This document shows positions 43,191-51,941 of a DNA stretch of 64,000 nt, piece by piece (position 1 is the first letter of the stretch; each line of letters begins with the position of its first letter). The position numbers were made by a program, and so were the translations under genes. The notes under the pieces are model-generated. The model saw only the letters and a list, made by a program, of their open reading frames with translations. It was not told the DNA's origin and ran no database searches. The DNA is from Candidatus Hydrogenedentota bacterium (GTDB lineage: Bacteria; Hydrogenedentota; Hydrogenedentia; Hydrogenedentales; JAEUWI01): the NCBI GenBank assembly GCA_034669905.1, contig JAXMOL010000035.1:19792-83791 (forward strand). Reading direction: 5' to 3'.

Positions 43191-44879
43191 GTGCGTCCTA
43201 TCTGTTTTTCAGCCCCGAAGCAATGCAATCCCTGGCCTTGGGTCCGACGCGGTGTTCAACGGGCTCTCCCTGCCGTGTTGCTGCTGGCAACGGCGGTGAC
43301 AGGGCTCTCCGGATGCGGGAGTAACGGGTCGGCCCCCCAGGACAACGTGTTGCGTATCAATATCAATGCGGAAGTGAAGGACCTCGACCCCCATCTGGTG
43401 ACGGGTGTGCCGGAACACCGCGTTAACGGGGCCCTCTTCGAAGGGCTGGTGGATCTTGATTCGGCCACGCTGGCGCCCATACCCGGTGCGGCGAAATCGT
43501 GGGAAGTCTCGGAAGACAAGCGGACCTATACCTTCCACCTGCGGGAAGACGGCAAGTGGTCCAACGGCGAACCGGTAACGGCCCAGGACTTTTACTACAG
43601 TTACCAGCGGATGCTGACGCCTACCCTGGCGGCGGATTATTCGTATCTGCTGCACTGCATCAAGAATGCCAAGGCCTACAACGAAGGCACGTTGACGGAC
43701 TTCCATGAAGTGGGCGTGAAGGTCGTTGATCCGCATACGCTGGTGATCACCCTGGAAAACCCCACGCCCTATTTCCTTTCCATGCAGATGCACCAGGCGT
43801 GGTACCCCGTGCACCAGGCGACGATTGAGGCCCACGGGGAAATGGATCAGCGGAATACCCGCTGGACCCGCGCCGGCAATCACGTCGGTAATGGCCCCTT
43901 TCGCCTGACCGACTGGCGCCCCAATGAAGTGATCGAGGTGGTGCGCAATGAACACTATTGGGACCACGAGAACGTGCGTCTGGCGGGTATCCATTTTTAT
44001 CCCATTGACGACCTGCAGACCGAGGAGCGGAGTTTTCGTACGGGTAAGATCCAGATGACCGGGGAGGTGCCGCTGGACAAGCTGGCGGCCTATCGCAACG
44101 ATAACCCGGAGGTATTGCACATCGACCCCTATCTCGGGGTCTATTTCTATCGTCTGAATACGACGAAGCCGCCTTTCGACGATGTACGCGTACGTCAGGC
44201 CTTGTCACTGGCCACGGACCGGGAATCCCTGGTGGCCAACGTGTTGAATGGGGGCGAACGTCCGGCCTTCCACTATGTGCCACCAGGCATCGAAGGCTAC
44301 ACGAGTGAAAGTCGACTGACCTTTGATCCCGAAAAGGCGAAGGCCCTGCTGGCGGAAGCGGGCTATCCCAACGGGGAGAACATGCCTCCCGTCGAGATCC
44401 TGTACAACACGTCGGAAAATCACCGTCGCATTGCGGAAACCATCCAGCAGATGTGGAAAAGCCACCTCGGCGTGGATGTGCAACTGATGAATCAGGATTG
44501 GCAGGTCTATCTGGATACGACGCGGAGCATGAATTATTCCATCGCCCGTGCGGCCTGGATTGGGGATGTGGTGGACCCGGTCAATTTCCTTGAGATGTGG
44601 CTCACCGATGGGGGCAACAATGAAACGGGCTATAGCCGCCCGGAATACGACGCGCTGATCCAGCAGGCCTATGCCGAGCCCGATGTGGCGAAGCGTGCGG
44701 CGGCGTTGAAGGCGGCGGAAGACATGGTGCTGGAGGAGCTGCCCATTATCCCGATCTATTTCTATACCCGTAAGTATCTGCAGGCGCCGGAAGTGAAAGG
44801 CTATGCCCCCAATGTATTGGGCTATCTCCGCTTCCAGGAGTTTTACCTGGAGTATCCGGCAGAGGGCGCTGGGGAATAA
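43191..44879 (+). CDS. Oligopeptide ABC transporter substrate-binding lipoprotein (OppA-like)
   Basis: Lipobox LSGC, LDP, FEGL, YTFHLR..KWSNGEPVTAQDF, GNGPF, PFDDVRVRQAL; GTG 43191 after AGGAG. Confidence 0.93.
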   Translation: MRPICFSAPKQCNPWPWVRRGVQRALPAVLLLATAVTGLSGCGSNGSAPQDNVLRININAEVKDLDPHLVTGVPEHRVNGALFEGLVDLDSATLAPIPGAAKSWEVSEDKRTYTFHLREDGKWSNGEPVTAQDFYYSYQRMLTPTLAADYSYLLHCIKNAKAYNEGTLTDFHEVGVKVVDPHTLVITLENPTPYFLSMQMHQAWYPVHQATIEAHGEMDQRNTRWTRAGNHVGNGPFRLTDWRPNEVIEVVRNEHYWDHENVRLAGIHFYPIDDLQTEERSFRTGKIQMTGEVPLDKLAAYRNDNPEVLHIDPYLGVYFYRLNTTKPPFDDVRVRQALSLATDRESLVANVLNGGERPAFHYVPPGIEGYTSESRLTFDPEKAKALLAEAGYPNGENMPPVEILYNTSENHRRIAETIQQMWKSHLGVDVQLMNQDWQVYLDTTRSMNYSIARAAWIGDVVDPVNFLEMWLTDGGNNETGYSRPEYDALIQQAYAEPDVAKRAAALKAAEDMVLEELPIIPIYFYTRKYLQAPEVKGYAPNVLGYLRFQEFYLEYPAEGAGE

Positions 44880-44899
44880 TTCTTTACACCAGGGGAACG

Positions 44900-45080
44900 C
44901 TCTGGCATGCGGCCGCGTGCTGCTACCCTTCGCGGGGTAGCTTGCTCCCCGCCCGGCGGCGTGTTGGGATGGTGTGATTATTGGGCGTACCGCCGTTGGC
45001 GGATTCTGCATCCGTCCCAGGTGTTCTGCCGCGAGCAAGCGCGCACATCTAAAGAACAAGCACGCTTACGCACTCCAGAG
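44900..45080. repeat. REP doublet (CTCTGG..TGCGG ... CGCACTCCAGAG), related to 13028-13078
   Basis: Inverted ends; GCTTGCTCCCC is the reverse complement of GGGGAGCAAGC near 13028; CGCACTCCAGAG shared. Confidence 0.7.
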
Positions 45081-45208
45081 CACGGGACGGCTATCCCACA
45101 TGATCTGGTCGTCTGATTTAGACAGATGGGCTGTCATTTGCATGGTACAGCTTATTCATGACGGGAAATCCGTGTCGCCCTTAATCGTTCGGCGTCTCTG
45201 CGAAGGGC

Positions 45209-45465
45209 GATGGAACGGGCTTTCAGCCCTGTACAAATTTATTCACCCCAAACATGGGGCGTTGCCCCATGCTGATATGCTTCCGGGGCGTTGCCCCTAC
45301 AAGAGTTTCCACCATGGAACCAAGGCTGCTTCCATAGCGCCAAAGGCGCGCGACATACCCGCCTGGGGCGAAGCCCCAGGAAATCCAGGTGCTAATTGTC
45401 CAAGCCAAAACACCGGCTCTGCCGGTGGTTGCTTATTACGATACGGGCTGAAAGTTCGGCCCAAT
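45209..45465. repeat. REPIN-like imperfect palindrome built from short hairpins
   Basis: CGGGCTTTCAGCCC vs GGGCTGAAAGTTCG; CATGGGGCGTTGCCCCATGCTGATATG vs CATACCCGCCTGGGGCGAAGCCCCAGG; GCGCCAAAGGCGC. Confidence 0.75.
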
Positions 45466-45585
45466 ACGGCGGACAAAAACGCCTTCAACTACAAATCAAA
45501 CCACGAGACATGTCATTCTTGTGCTACGTGTCGTTTCTTCCCCCATCCTTTCCCCTCTCCCCTTTCTCCTGCGCTGGGTGAGAAT

Positions 45586-45614
45586 TTCACTTTTTTTTGG
45601 GGCTTGTGTACAAT
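45586..45614 (+). promoter_or_regulatory. Sigma70-type promoter for the PP2C-RsbW-STAS-MCE locus
   Basis: TTCACT-N17-TACAAT, 28 nt before the GTG start. Confidence 0.55.
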
Positions 45615-45642
45615 ACGGCCTTACATTTATGAGGAGTACTAC

Positions 45643-47346
45643 GTGCTACGGGGTTATGTCATAGTTGATTCTGACGGGCGAAAGGTGCCGGTCGAAGATT
45701 CGTTAGTGGTTGGTCGCACATCCGATAGTGGCCTGGCCATCGATGACAGTGCGGCCTCACGTCGCCACATGGAAATCAAGGCGCGGCCCAATACCTTCGT
45801 CTGGAAGGATTTGGGTAGCACGAATGGGACGATCCTCAACGGCGCGAAAATGCTGGCGGGCGAGCTGAAAAACGGCGATCGCATTCAAATCGGCGAGACT
45901 ACCCTCACCTTTGAGGTCCACGGAAAGCCCGAGCCGGTGGATAATGCGGCTCCCGTCTCTCCCCCACCCGATGAGAACCGACTTTTTACCGAAACGATCA
46001 TGGATGCCCATGGTCAGGTGAAAAAGCCGGATGCGACGCCCTCGCGGACGACCCAGTTGCTGGAGGCTGTATATACGGTCGCCAATGAGATTGCGACGAA
46101 TTACGATGTGTGCAGCCTCATGGATGGGGTCTTGACCACCACGCTTCGGGCGATCAATGCCCAGCGGGGGGCCATATTTCTGGCCGATACAAACCACGAG
46201 CTTCTCCCCTGCCCCAACTGCGGCACGGTGCACAGTATTGCCAACGGCACCCTGGAAAAAATGCAGATCGGCGATATTCAGATCAGCGGCACGGTGGCCT
46301 CCCGGGTGATTCGGGACGGCGAGAGCGTGCTCTATCAGGATACGGACAGCGACATGGAGCTGAACGCGTCGGAGAGCATCATGTCCCTCCAACTGCGCTC
46401 TATCGTGTGTGTGCCGCTGCGTGCCAAGCATGGCATCCTGGGTATTCTCTATATCGATTCCGATCGGCAAGACCAGAATTACTCCCATGAAGACCTGCTT
46501 CTGGCGGCCTCGGTGGGGAACAGCGCCGGGTTGGCCCTCGAAAATGCCCAAATGCACACCGAAATCCTGGAAAAGCAGCGTATTGAACAGGATTTGGCGA
46601 CAGCCTGGACGATTCAGGAGGGCTTCCTGATCAAGGAGTGGCCCGACGACGACCCCCGCTTGGATGTGTATGGCGAGACCCGACCGGCGAAGACCGTGGG
46701 CGGTGATTTTTATGACTATGTACATCCCCGTGAGAATTTAGTCGGTATCCTGTTGGGTGACGTCAGTGGTAAGGGCGTGCCCGCTGCCCTGACGATGGCC
46801 CAGTTACTGGCCCAGTTTCGTCTGCTGGTGCGCGATCTGGAATCGCCCTGTGAGGTGGTGAAAGAGTTGAACCGCGGCCTCGTGAAGCGAAGCCAGCGGG
46901 GCATGTTCTGCACCTTGTGTTATCTCACGGTCGATTTGACCAATGGCCACGTGATTTGTGCCAATGCGGGGCACCACCCGGTGCTGAAGATCGGTAAGGA
47001 CGGCGTGTCGAATTTTGGCGACGCAACGGGTCCCCCTGCCGGCATATTGCCCGAAGGGCCGTGGGTTGAGACCCGGGCTATCATCAATCCGGGCGATACC
47101 CTCTTGCTGTATACGGATGGCATCGTGGAAGCACGCAGCATGACCACGATGGTAGAAGGGGCGAGCCAACAGGCGCCCAATGAGTATGAAGAAGAAGGGT
47201 TGGAGCGCTGTGCACGGGGTCTATATGGCCAGAGTGCCCATGCGCTGATTGATGCCGTAAACTATGATGTGCAACGCTATACCGCTCCGGCGGCACCCCA
47301 CGACGATTGCACGATGATCGCGATGAGGTATCACGGTGGCCAGTAA
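45643..47346 (+). CDS. FHA-GAF-SpoIIE/PP2C serine phosphatase (RsbU/RsbP-like)
   Basis: FHA VGR, SRRH, DLGSTNGT; GAF SIVCVPL..GILYID..ALENA; PP2C VGGDFYD, DVSGKG, NAGH, YTDG, DDCT; GTG 45643 after GAGGAG. Confidence 0.93.
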   Translation: MLRGYVIVDSDGRKVPVEDSLVVGRTSDSGLAIDDSAASRRHMEIKARPNTFVWKDLGSTNGTILNGAKMLAGELKNGDRIQIGETTLTFEVHGKPEPVDNAAPVSPPPDENRLFTETIMDAHGQVKKPDATPSRTTQLLEAVYTVANEIATNYDVCSLMDGVLTTTLRAINAQRGAIFLADTNHELLPCPNCGTVHSIANGTLEKMQIGDIQISGTVASRVIRDGESVLYQDTDSDMELNASESIMSLQLRSIVCVPLRAKHGILGILYIDSDRQDQNYSHEDLLLAASVGNSAGLALENAQMHTEILEKQRIEQDLATAWTIQEGFLIKEWPDDDPRLDVYGETRPAKTVGGDFYDYVHPRENLVGILLGDVSGKGVPAALTMAQLLAQFRLLVRDLESPCEVVKELNRGLVKRSQRGMFCTLCYLTVDLTNGHVICANAGHHPVLKIGKDGVSNFGDATGPPAGILPEGPWVETRAIINPGDTLLLYTDGIVEARSMTTMVEGASQQAPNEYEEEGLERCARGLYGQSAHALIDAVNYDVQRYTAPAAPHDDCTMIAMRYHGGQ

Positions 47347-47761
47347 GGATATTGAGCTCCAGTTTCGATCCAAGCCCAAGCTCTTGTGTGATGTGCGGGC
47401 GGTAATTCGCAGCTATCTCACCAACCATGGCGTGGAGACCGACAAGGTGCAGGAGGTGGTATTGGCGGTGGATGAGGCGTGTACCAACTCGATTCGGCAC
47501 GCCTATTCCGGTCAGGATGATAAATTGGTGGAACTTTCGCTGGGTTCAGAGGATGGATGGATAGAACTGGAGTTGCGTGATTCTGGTGTGCCGGCCCCCT
47601 ATGATCGGATCAAGCGGAAAACGGATGAAGCCATTGCGGCGGCCGCAATGACGCCGGGGGGCTTGGGAATGCATCTGATTTACAGTGTATTTGATGATGT
47701 GACCTTCACGCCGGGCGAATCCCAGGGAAACACCATTCTAATGCGGTTACGGCGCGCCTGA
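47336..47761 (+). CDS. RsbW/SpoIIAB-like serine kinase (HATPase_c_2)
   Basis: LAVDEACTNSIRHAY, DSG, GGLGMHLI, GN; overlaps the phosphatase stop by 11 nt. Confidence 0.92.
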   Translation: MASKDIELQFRSKPKLLCDVRAVIRSYLTNHGVETDKVQEVVLAVDEACTNSIRHAYSGQDDKLVELSLGSEDGWIELELRDSGVPAPYDRIKRKTDEAIAAAAMTPGGLGMHLIYSVFDDVTFTPGESQGNTILMRLRRA

Positions 47762-47873
47762 CGGGCGCCCGGAAACAGTCGGAATAAGCGGAGTAGACAC
47801 GAACGAACCCGGTATGGGCGAGAATCAGGGGCGTCCTGACCGGTAGCAACCATAAATTTAAAGGGTAGATAGC

Positions 47874-48188
47874 ATGGCGCTGGAATTATCACAGGTGGAG
47901 CAGGGCAATCACTGCATCGTAATGGCCAAGGGCGAGATCGATTTGTATTCCTCGCCCCAGTTGCGCGATGCCATTCTCGCGGCCTGTAAGGCCGGTAAAG
48001 AGAAAGTAGGCGTCAATCTGAGCGAGGTGGCCTATATGGACTCCTCCGGCGTGGCTACCCTTGTGGAGGGGCTGCAGGCCTCGGGCGGTGCGGGTTCCTT
48101 CCTCCTGGTCGCCCCCTCGCAATCGGTGCTCAAGGTGCTCCAGCTATCCCGATTGGACTCCGTTTTTACCATTGTGGAGCAAGTATAG
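47874..48188 (+). CDS. STAS protein (RsbV/SpoIIAA/MlaB-like)
   Basis: GEIDLYSSPQLR, NLSEVAYMDSSGVATL, VLQLSRLD..F. Confidence 0.93.
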   Translation: MALELSQVEQGNHCIVMAKGEIDLYSSPQLRDAILAACKAGKEKVGVNLSEVAYMDSSGVATLVEGLQASGGAGSFLLVAPSQSVLKVLQLSRLDSVFTIVEQV

Positions 48189-48194
48189 CGTCTC

Positions 48195-48986
48195 ATGTCT
48201 GCCATCTTGGGAAATACCGGACGGGTTACCCTGAACGCCCTCTACGCCGCCAGCACGGTCTGTGTGCTCATGGTCGACACGCTGAACTGGATGATCTGGC
48301 AGCCAATGCGGGGCAAGGGTATCCGGATGCGCAGTGCGACCGAGCACTTCGTGGAGTTTGGTGTCCGCTCCCTCCCCATCGTGGGCCTTATCTGTGCCCT
48401 TATCGGAGTCATCATGGCCCTGCAGGCGGCCTACACCCTGGAGAAATGGGGTGCAACGGCGCTTATTGCCAACCTGGTGGGCATCTCGGCCCTCCGTGAG
48501 TTGGCCCCGCTGATGACGGCCATTCTGATTACGGGCCGCTGCGGCTCGGCGATCACGGCCGAGATCGGCACCATGAAAGTGGCAGAAGAAATTGATGCCT
48601 TGAATGTCATGGGCCTGAACCCCACCAAGTTTCTCGTGGTACCTAAATTCCTGGCCATGTTTCTGGCTGTGCCTTGCGTGACCGTGTTGGCCATGTTCAT
48701 CATGATTATGGGTGGTGCCTTTGCGGGCGTCGTGCTCGTGGGCGTGGATCCCATCGTGTACTACAATCAGACGGCCGGTGCGCTCACGCGGATGGATCTG
48801 ATTTCGGGGCTGACCAAGAGTGTCTTTTTCGCCGTGACCATTTGCTGGGTCGGCGTGTACCGGGGTTTCCGCGTCAGCGGTGGTGCGGAAGGGGTCGGTC
48901 GTGAAACCACCTCCTCCGTGGTGACCTCGATCCTGATTATCATTGTCGTCGACTTGGTGTGGACGTCGCTTTTCTTTGCGCAGTAG
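48195..48986 (+). CDS. mlaE: MlaE-family MCE ABC permease
   Basis: GVRSLPIV, RELAPLMTA, GSAITAEIGTMKVAEEIDAL, GGAEGVGRETTSSVV. Confidence 0.95.
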   Translation: MSAILGNTGRVTLNALYAASTVCVLMVDTLNWMIWQPMRGKGIRMRSATEHFVEFGVRSLPIVGLICALIGVIMALQAAYTLEKWGATALIANLVGISALRELAPLMTAILITGRCGSAITAEIGTMKVAEEIDALNVMGLNPTKFLVVPKFLAMFLAVPCVTVLAMFIMIMGGAFAGVVLVGVDPIVYYNQTAGALTRMDLISGLTKSVFFAVTICWVGVYRGFRVSGGAEGVGRETTSSVVTSILIIIVVDLVWTSLFFAQ

Positions 48987-48989
48987 GTT

Positions 48990-49784
48990 ATGGAAAACAA
49001 ACCCGATAACATACTAGAAGTTCGTGATTTGGTCGTGAAATACGGCGATCGCACCGTCTTGGATGGCGTTAACGTCGATATCAAGCGGGGCGAAGTCTTC
49101 GTCATTCTCGGCGGCTCCGGCTGTGGTAAGAGCACCTTGCTCCGCAATCTGGTGGGGCTTATGCGGCCCTATTCCGGTTCGATTACCTACAATGGCCGGG
49201 ACTTCACCAAGATGGACGATGAAGAGCGGGTGGATACGCGGAAGAAGATGGGCATGTGTTTTCAGGGTTCGGCCCTGTTTAACTCCATGACCATCGGCGA
49301 CAACGTGGCGTTGCCCCTGCGGGAACACACGAACCTGGAGCCGTCCACCATCGACATTATGACCAAAATTAAGTTGGAGTTGGTGGGGCTGGGTGGCTTT
49401 GAAAATTTCATGCCGGCGGAGTTGAGTGGGGGCATGATGAAGCGGGCGGGGTTGGCCCGGGCAATGGCCATGGACCCCGACATTATTTTTTATGATGAAC
49501 CGTCTGCCGGTCTGGACCCCATTGTGGGTGCGGGGTTGGATATGCTGATTCGTAAGATGCAGCAGACCTTCAATCTGACCAGTGTGGTGGTAACCCACGA
49601 AATGGAAAGCGTCAAATTGATTGCGGACCGTATCGTGATGTTGGACAAGGGGAAGGTAATTGGTCTGGGAACGCTGGAAGAAATCCAGCAGATTGACCAT
49701 CCCTTTATCGAGCAGTTTTTTGCGCGCCGTCCCGATGCCGAAGGGGAAGACACGGCGGCCTATCTGCGGTCGTTGACCGACTGA
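48990..49784 (+). CDS. mlaF: MlaF-family MCE ABC ATPase
   Basis: GGSGCGKS, FQGSALFNSM, PAELSGGMMKRAGLARA, YDEPSAGLDP, VTH. Confidence 0.95.
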   Translation: MENKPDNILEVRDLVVKYGDRTVLDGVNVDIKRGEVFVILGGSGCGKSTLLRNLVGLMRPYSGSITYNGRDFTKMDDEERVDTRKKMGMCFQGSALFNSMTIGDNVALPLREHTNLEPSTIDIMTKIKLELVGLGGFENFMPAELSGGMMKRAGLARAMAMDPDIIFYDEPSAGLDPIVGAGLDMLIRKMQQTFNLTSVVVTHEMESVKLIADRIVMLDKGKVIGLGTLEEIQQIDHPFIEQFFARRPDAEGEDTAAYLRSLTD

Positions 49785-49894
49785 GCGCCAGGTGCCCGAG
49801 GGGGGTGCCTGCGTAATGAGAGAGCGATCGCCCGGTGAAGTTTGCCTGAGGCGACCCGGAAGAATGCAGCCTAAGAAAGCGGAGTTGGAAGGCT

Positions 49895-51136
49895 ATGGCC
49901 ACGAAGAAACATAACTTCACCCGAACCGAGTTCATGGCGGGTATGATGGTGCTGATCAGCCTCACGGTGTTGGCCGCCTTTATAGTCGTTGTGGAGGGGC
50001 TCCAGACGGAGCCGCCCTATAAGACCCTCTTTGCGCGGTTTACGAGCACGGTGGGTCTGAGCGATACGGCGATTGTGCGTTTTGGCGGATTGGAAGTCGG
50101 GCGTGTGGCGGATATTACCTACGATCCCAATGACCAGTCCTTGATTCAGGTGGAGATCCATGTGGATCCCGATGTGCCGATCAACGAGGCCAGTCGGGCT
50201 ACGGTGGAGCAGGTGGGGTTGACGGCGGAGAAGCACCTGGAAATTTCCACGGGGAGCGCCGATGCGATCGTGTTGGCCGATGGCGATGACATGGCCGTCA
50301 TTAACAGTGGCTATGGCTTCATCGATATTCCCGATGTGGACGGTCTCGTCGGTGGCAGCGAAATGCTCATTGCGGACCTGCGTGATTTTCTGGGGGTAGA
50401 AGCAGCGAAGAAAGCCGAAGCCGCCGGGGAAGAAGAACTTGCGAGCATTGCCCGGATTTCCGCCGATGTGCGCGCCTTCATGGGCATTAAAGAAGCCCTG
50501 GACCGTGAAGCGGCCGGTGGCGCCGATGCGGTGAAGATCGCGGAACTTGCCGAAGACCTGCGTAAACTTCTGGGCGTCCAGGAAGCCGTGGCCACCGAAG
50601 AATCGGGTGGCAAAGAATTCGCCAGTGTGGCCCGGATTACGGGTGACGTGCGCGGCATTCTCGGTTGGGAAGCCGCCGTGGAAGAAGCCACGACCTCGGG
50701 CGTTACGGCGCCGAACGTGACCGACACCATCGGAAGCGTCGACGGGATGCTGGATGACTTCAAACCCCAGCTCGATGAGATCCTGACCAAGGTGCCGCCC
50801 ATGCAGGATGCCGCCACCAACGTCATGACCCAGGTGTCCGACACGCTGAGTGACAACCGCGAAAACATTGATGGTATTGTCGCGAATGTGAACGGCATTA
50901 CCACGACGGTCAATGAAGATATTGGACAGATTCTGGATGACCTGGGCGGGACCCTGGAGCGGGTGCGCGGGTTGAGCGGCGAAGCAGAAGAACTGCTCCA
51001 TCAGAACCGCCCGGCCATCGAAGATTTGATTGGCGATTTGGGCCGTACGATTCAGGCGCTCAATGTATTGCTGGATGAATTGAAGACCCAGCCCCAGTCG
51101 GTGCTCTTCGGACGTCCGGAATCGGGTCGCAAGTAG
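49895..51136 (+). CDS. MCE (MlaD/PqiB-like) protein with a long helical extension containing four 30-aa repeats
   Basis: TM, GL...VRFGGLEVGRV, GLTAEKHLEI, C-term LKTQPQSVLFG. Confidence 0.92.
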   Translation: MATKKHNFTRTEFMAGMMVLISLTVLAAFIVVVEGLQTEPPYKTLFARFTSTVGLSDTAIVRFGGLEVGRVADITYDPNDQSLIQVEIHVDPDVPINEASRATVEQVGLTAEKHLEISTGSADAIVLADGDDMAVINSGYGFIDIPDVDGLVGGSEMLIADLRDFLGVEAAKKAEAAGEEELASIARISADVRAFMGIKEALDREAAGGADAVKIAELAEDLRKLLGVQEAVATEESGGKEFASVARITGDVRGILGWEAAVEEATTSGVTAPNVTDTIGSVDGMLDDFKPQLDEILTKVPPMQDAATNVMTQVSDTLSDNRENIDGIVANVNGITTTVNEDIGQILDDLGGTLERVRGLSGEAEELLHQNRPAIEDLIGDLGRTIQALNVLLDELKTQPQSVLFGRPESGRK

Positions 51137-51212
51137 TAGGCTAGGCCAGAGACCATAAACCAATCGGGTTGCGACCGTGTTTGCGTCGTGGTCGGCCCGG
51201 GCAGGAGATATC

Positions 51213-51770
51213 ATGAAAAAATTACTGACCGTTTTGGCACTGCTGGGCCTCATGGCCGGATGCGCGACGTCCTCCCCCACGCCCCGTCTGTTTACCGTCG
51301 ACATGAGCCCGTCGGCCGAGGCCGGGAGCCCGGTCAACATCCGCATCAGCCGTTTGCGGGTGGCCGAGCCCCTTCAAAGTAAGCGCATCCTGATTAAGAA
51401 GAGCGCCACCGAAATTGAATACTACGCCACGGCCCAGTGGGCGGCAAACCTCGATGAGGTGCTGCGGGAAAAGATGGCCGCTGAGTTCGGGCCCACCGAC
51501 ACGGAGCGTCCCACATTTGTGCTTTCTGGCATGTTGCAGTCCTTCGAGCAGGTCGACATGCCCGGCTCGGGAAACGAGGCCCACGTGAAGCTCGCGCTGG
51601 AAGTGCGCAAAGACGGTGTGAGCCAGTATTCCCCCCCTGAAATCAGCAAGATTTACGAGGTGAGTGTGCCCCTGGAGGGAGAATCCGCCGGTGACGTAGT
51701 GGATGGCCTGACGACCTGTCTGGAAACCATTGCCCGCACGATCGTCACCGATATTTCCGCCCTGCCCTAG
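51213..51770 (+). CDS. PqiC-like (ABC_trans_aux) lipoprotein
   Basis: Lipobox MAGC, V.EPL..I, YYATAQWA..L, LQSFEQ; last gene of the MCE set; ATG after AGGAG. Confidence 0.82.
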   Translation: MKKLLTVLALLGLMAGCATSSPTPRLFTVDMSPSAEAGSPVNIRISRLRVAEPLQSKRILIKKSATEIEYYATAQWAANLDEVLREKMAAEFGPTDTERPTFVLSGMLQSFEQVDMPGSGNEAHVKLALEVRKDGVSQYSPPEISKIYEVSVPLEGESAGDVVDGLTTCLETIARTIVTDISALP

Positions 51771-51790
51771 CGGGCTGAGGGAATGAACGC

Positions 51791-51864
51791 TCCCCTCCCG
51801 GGAAGGATTGGGACCCGGTTCACACACGTTGATGGTGATCCGCCCAATTCTTCCCCGGAGGGGA
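51791..51864. repeat. 22-bp imperfect inverted repeat (REP-like hairpin)
   Basis: TCCCCTCCCGGGAAGGATTGGG ... CCCAATTCTTCCCCGGAGGGGA, 2 mismatches. Confidence 0.7.
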
Positions 51865-51941
51865 ATTGTTTATGAATCGGTTCTTTTCCTATAGTATGAG
51901 CAACGCGGTCCGTTAAACAATGGGACGAGCAGGGAAACGAG

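Noticed and set aside
44974..45642. 223-codon N-terminal extension of the phosphatase ORF
   Set aside because: Runs through REP-like palindromes; a promoter and GAGGAG RBS support GTG 45643, right before the FHA domain
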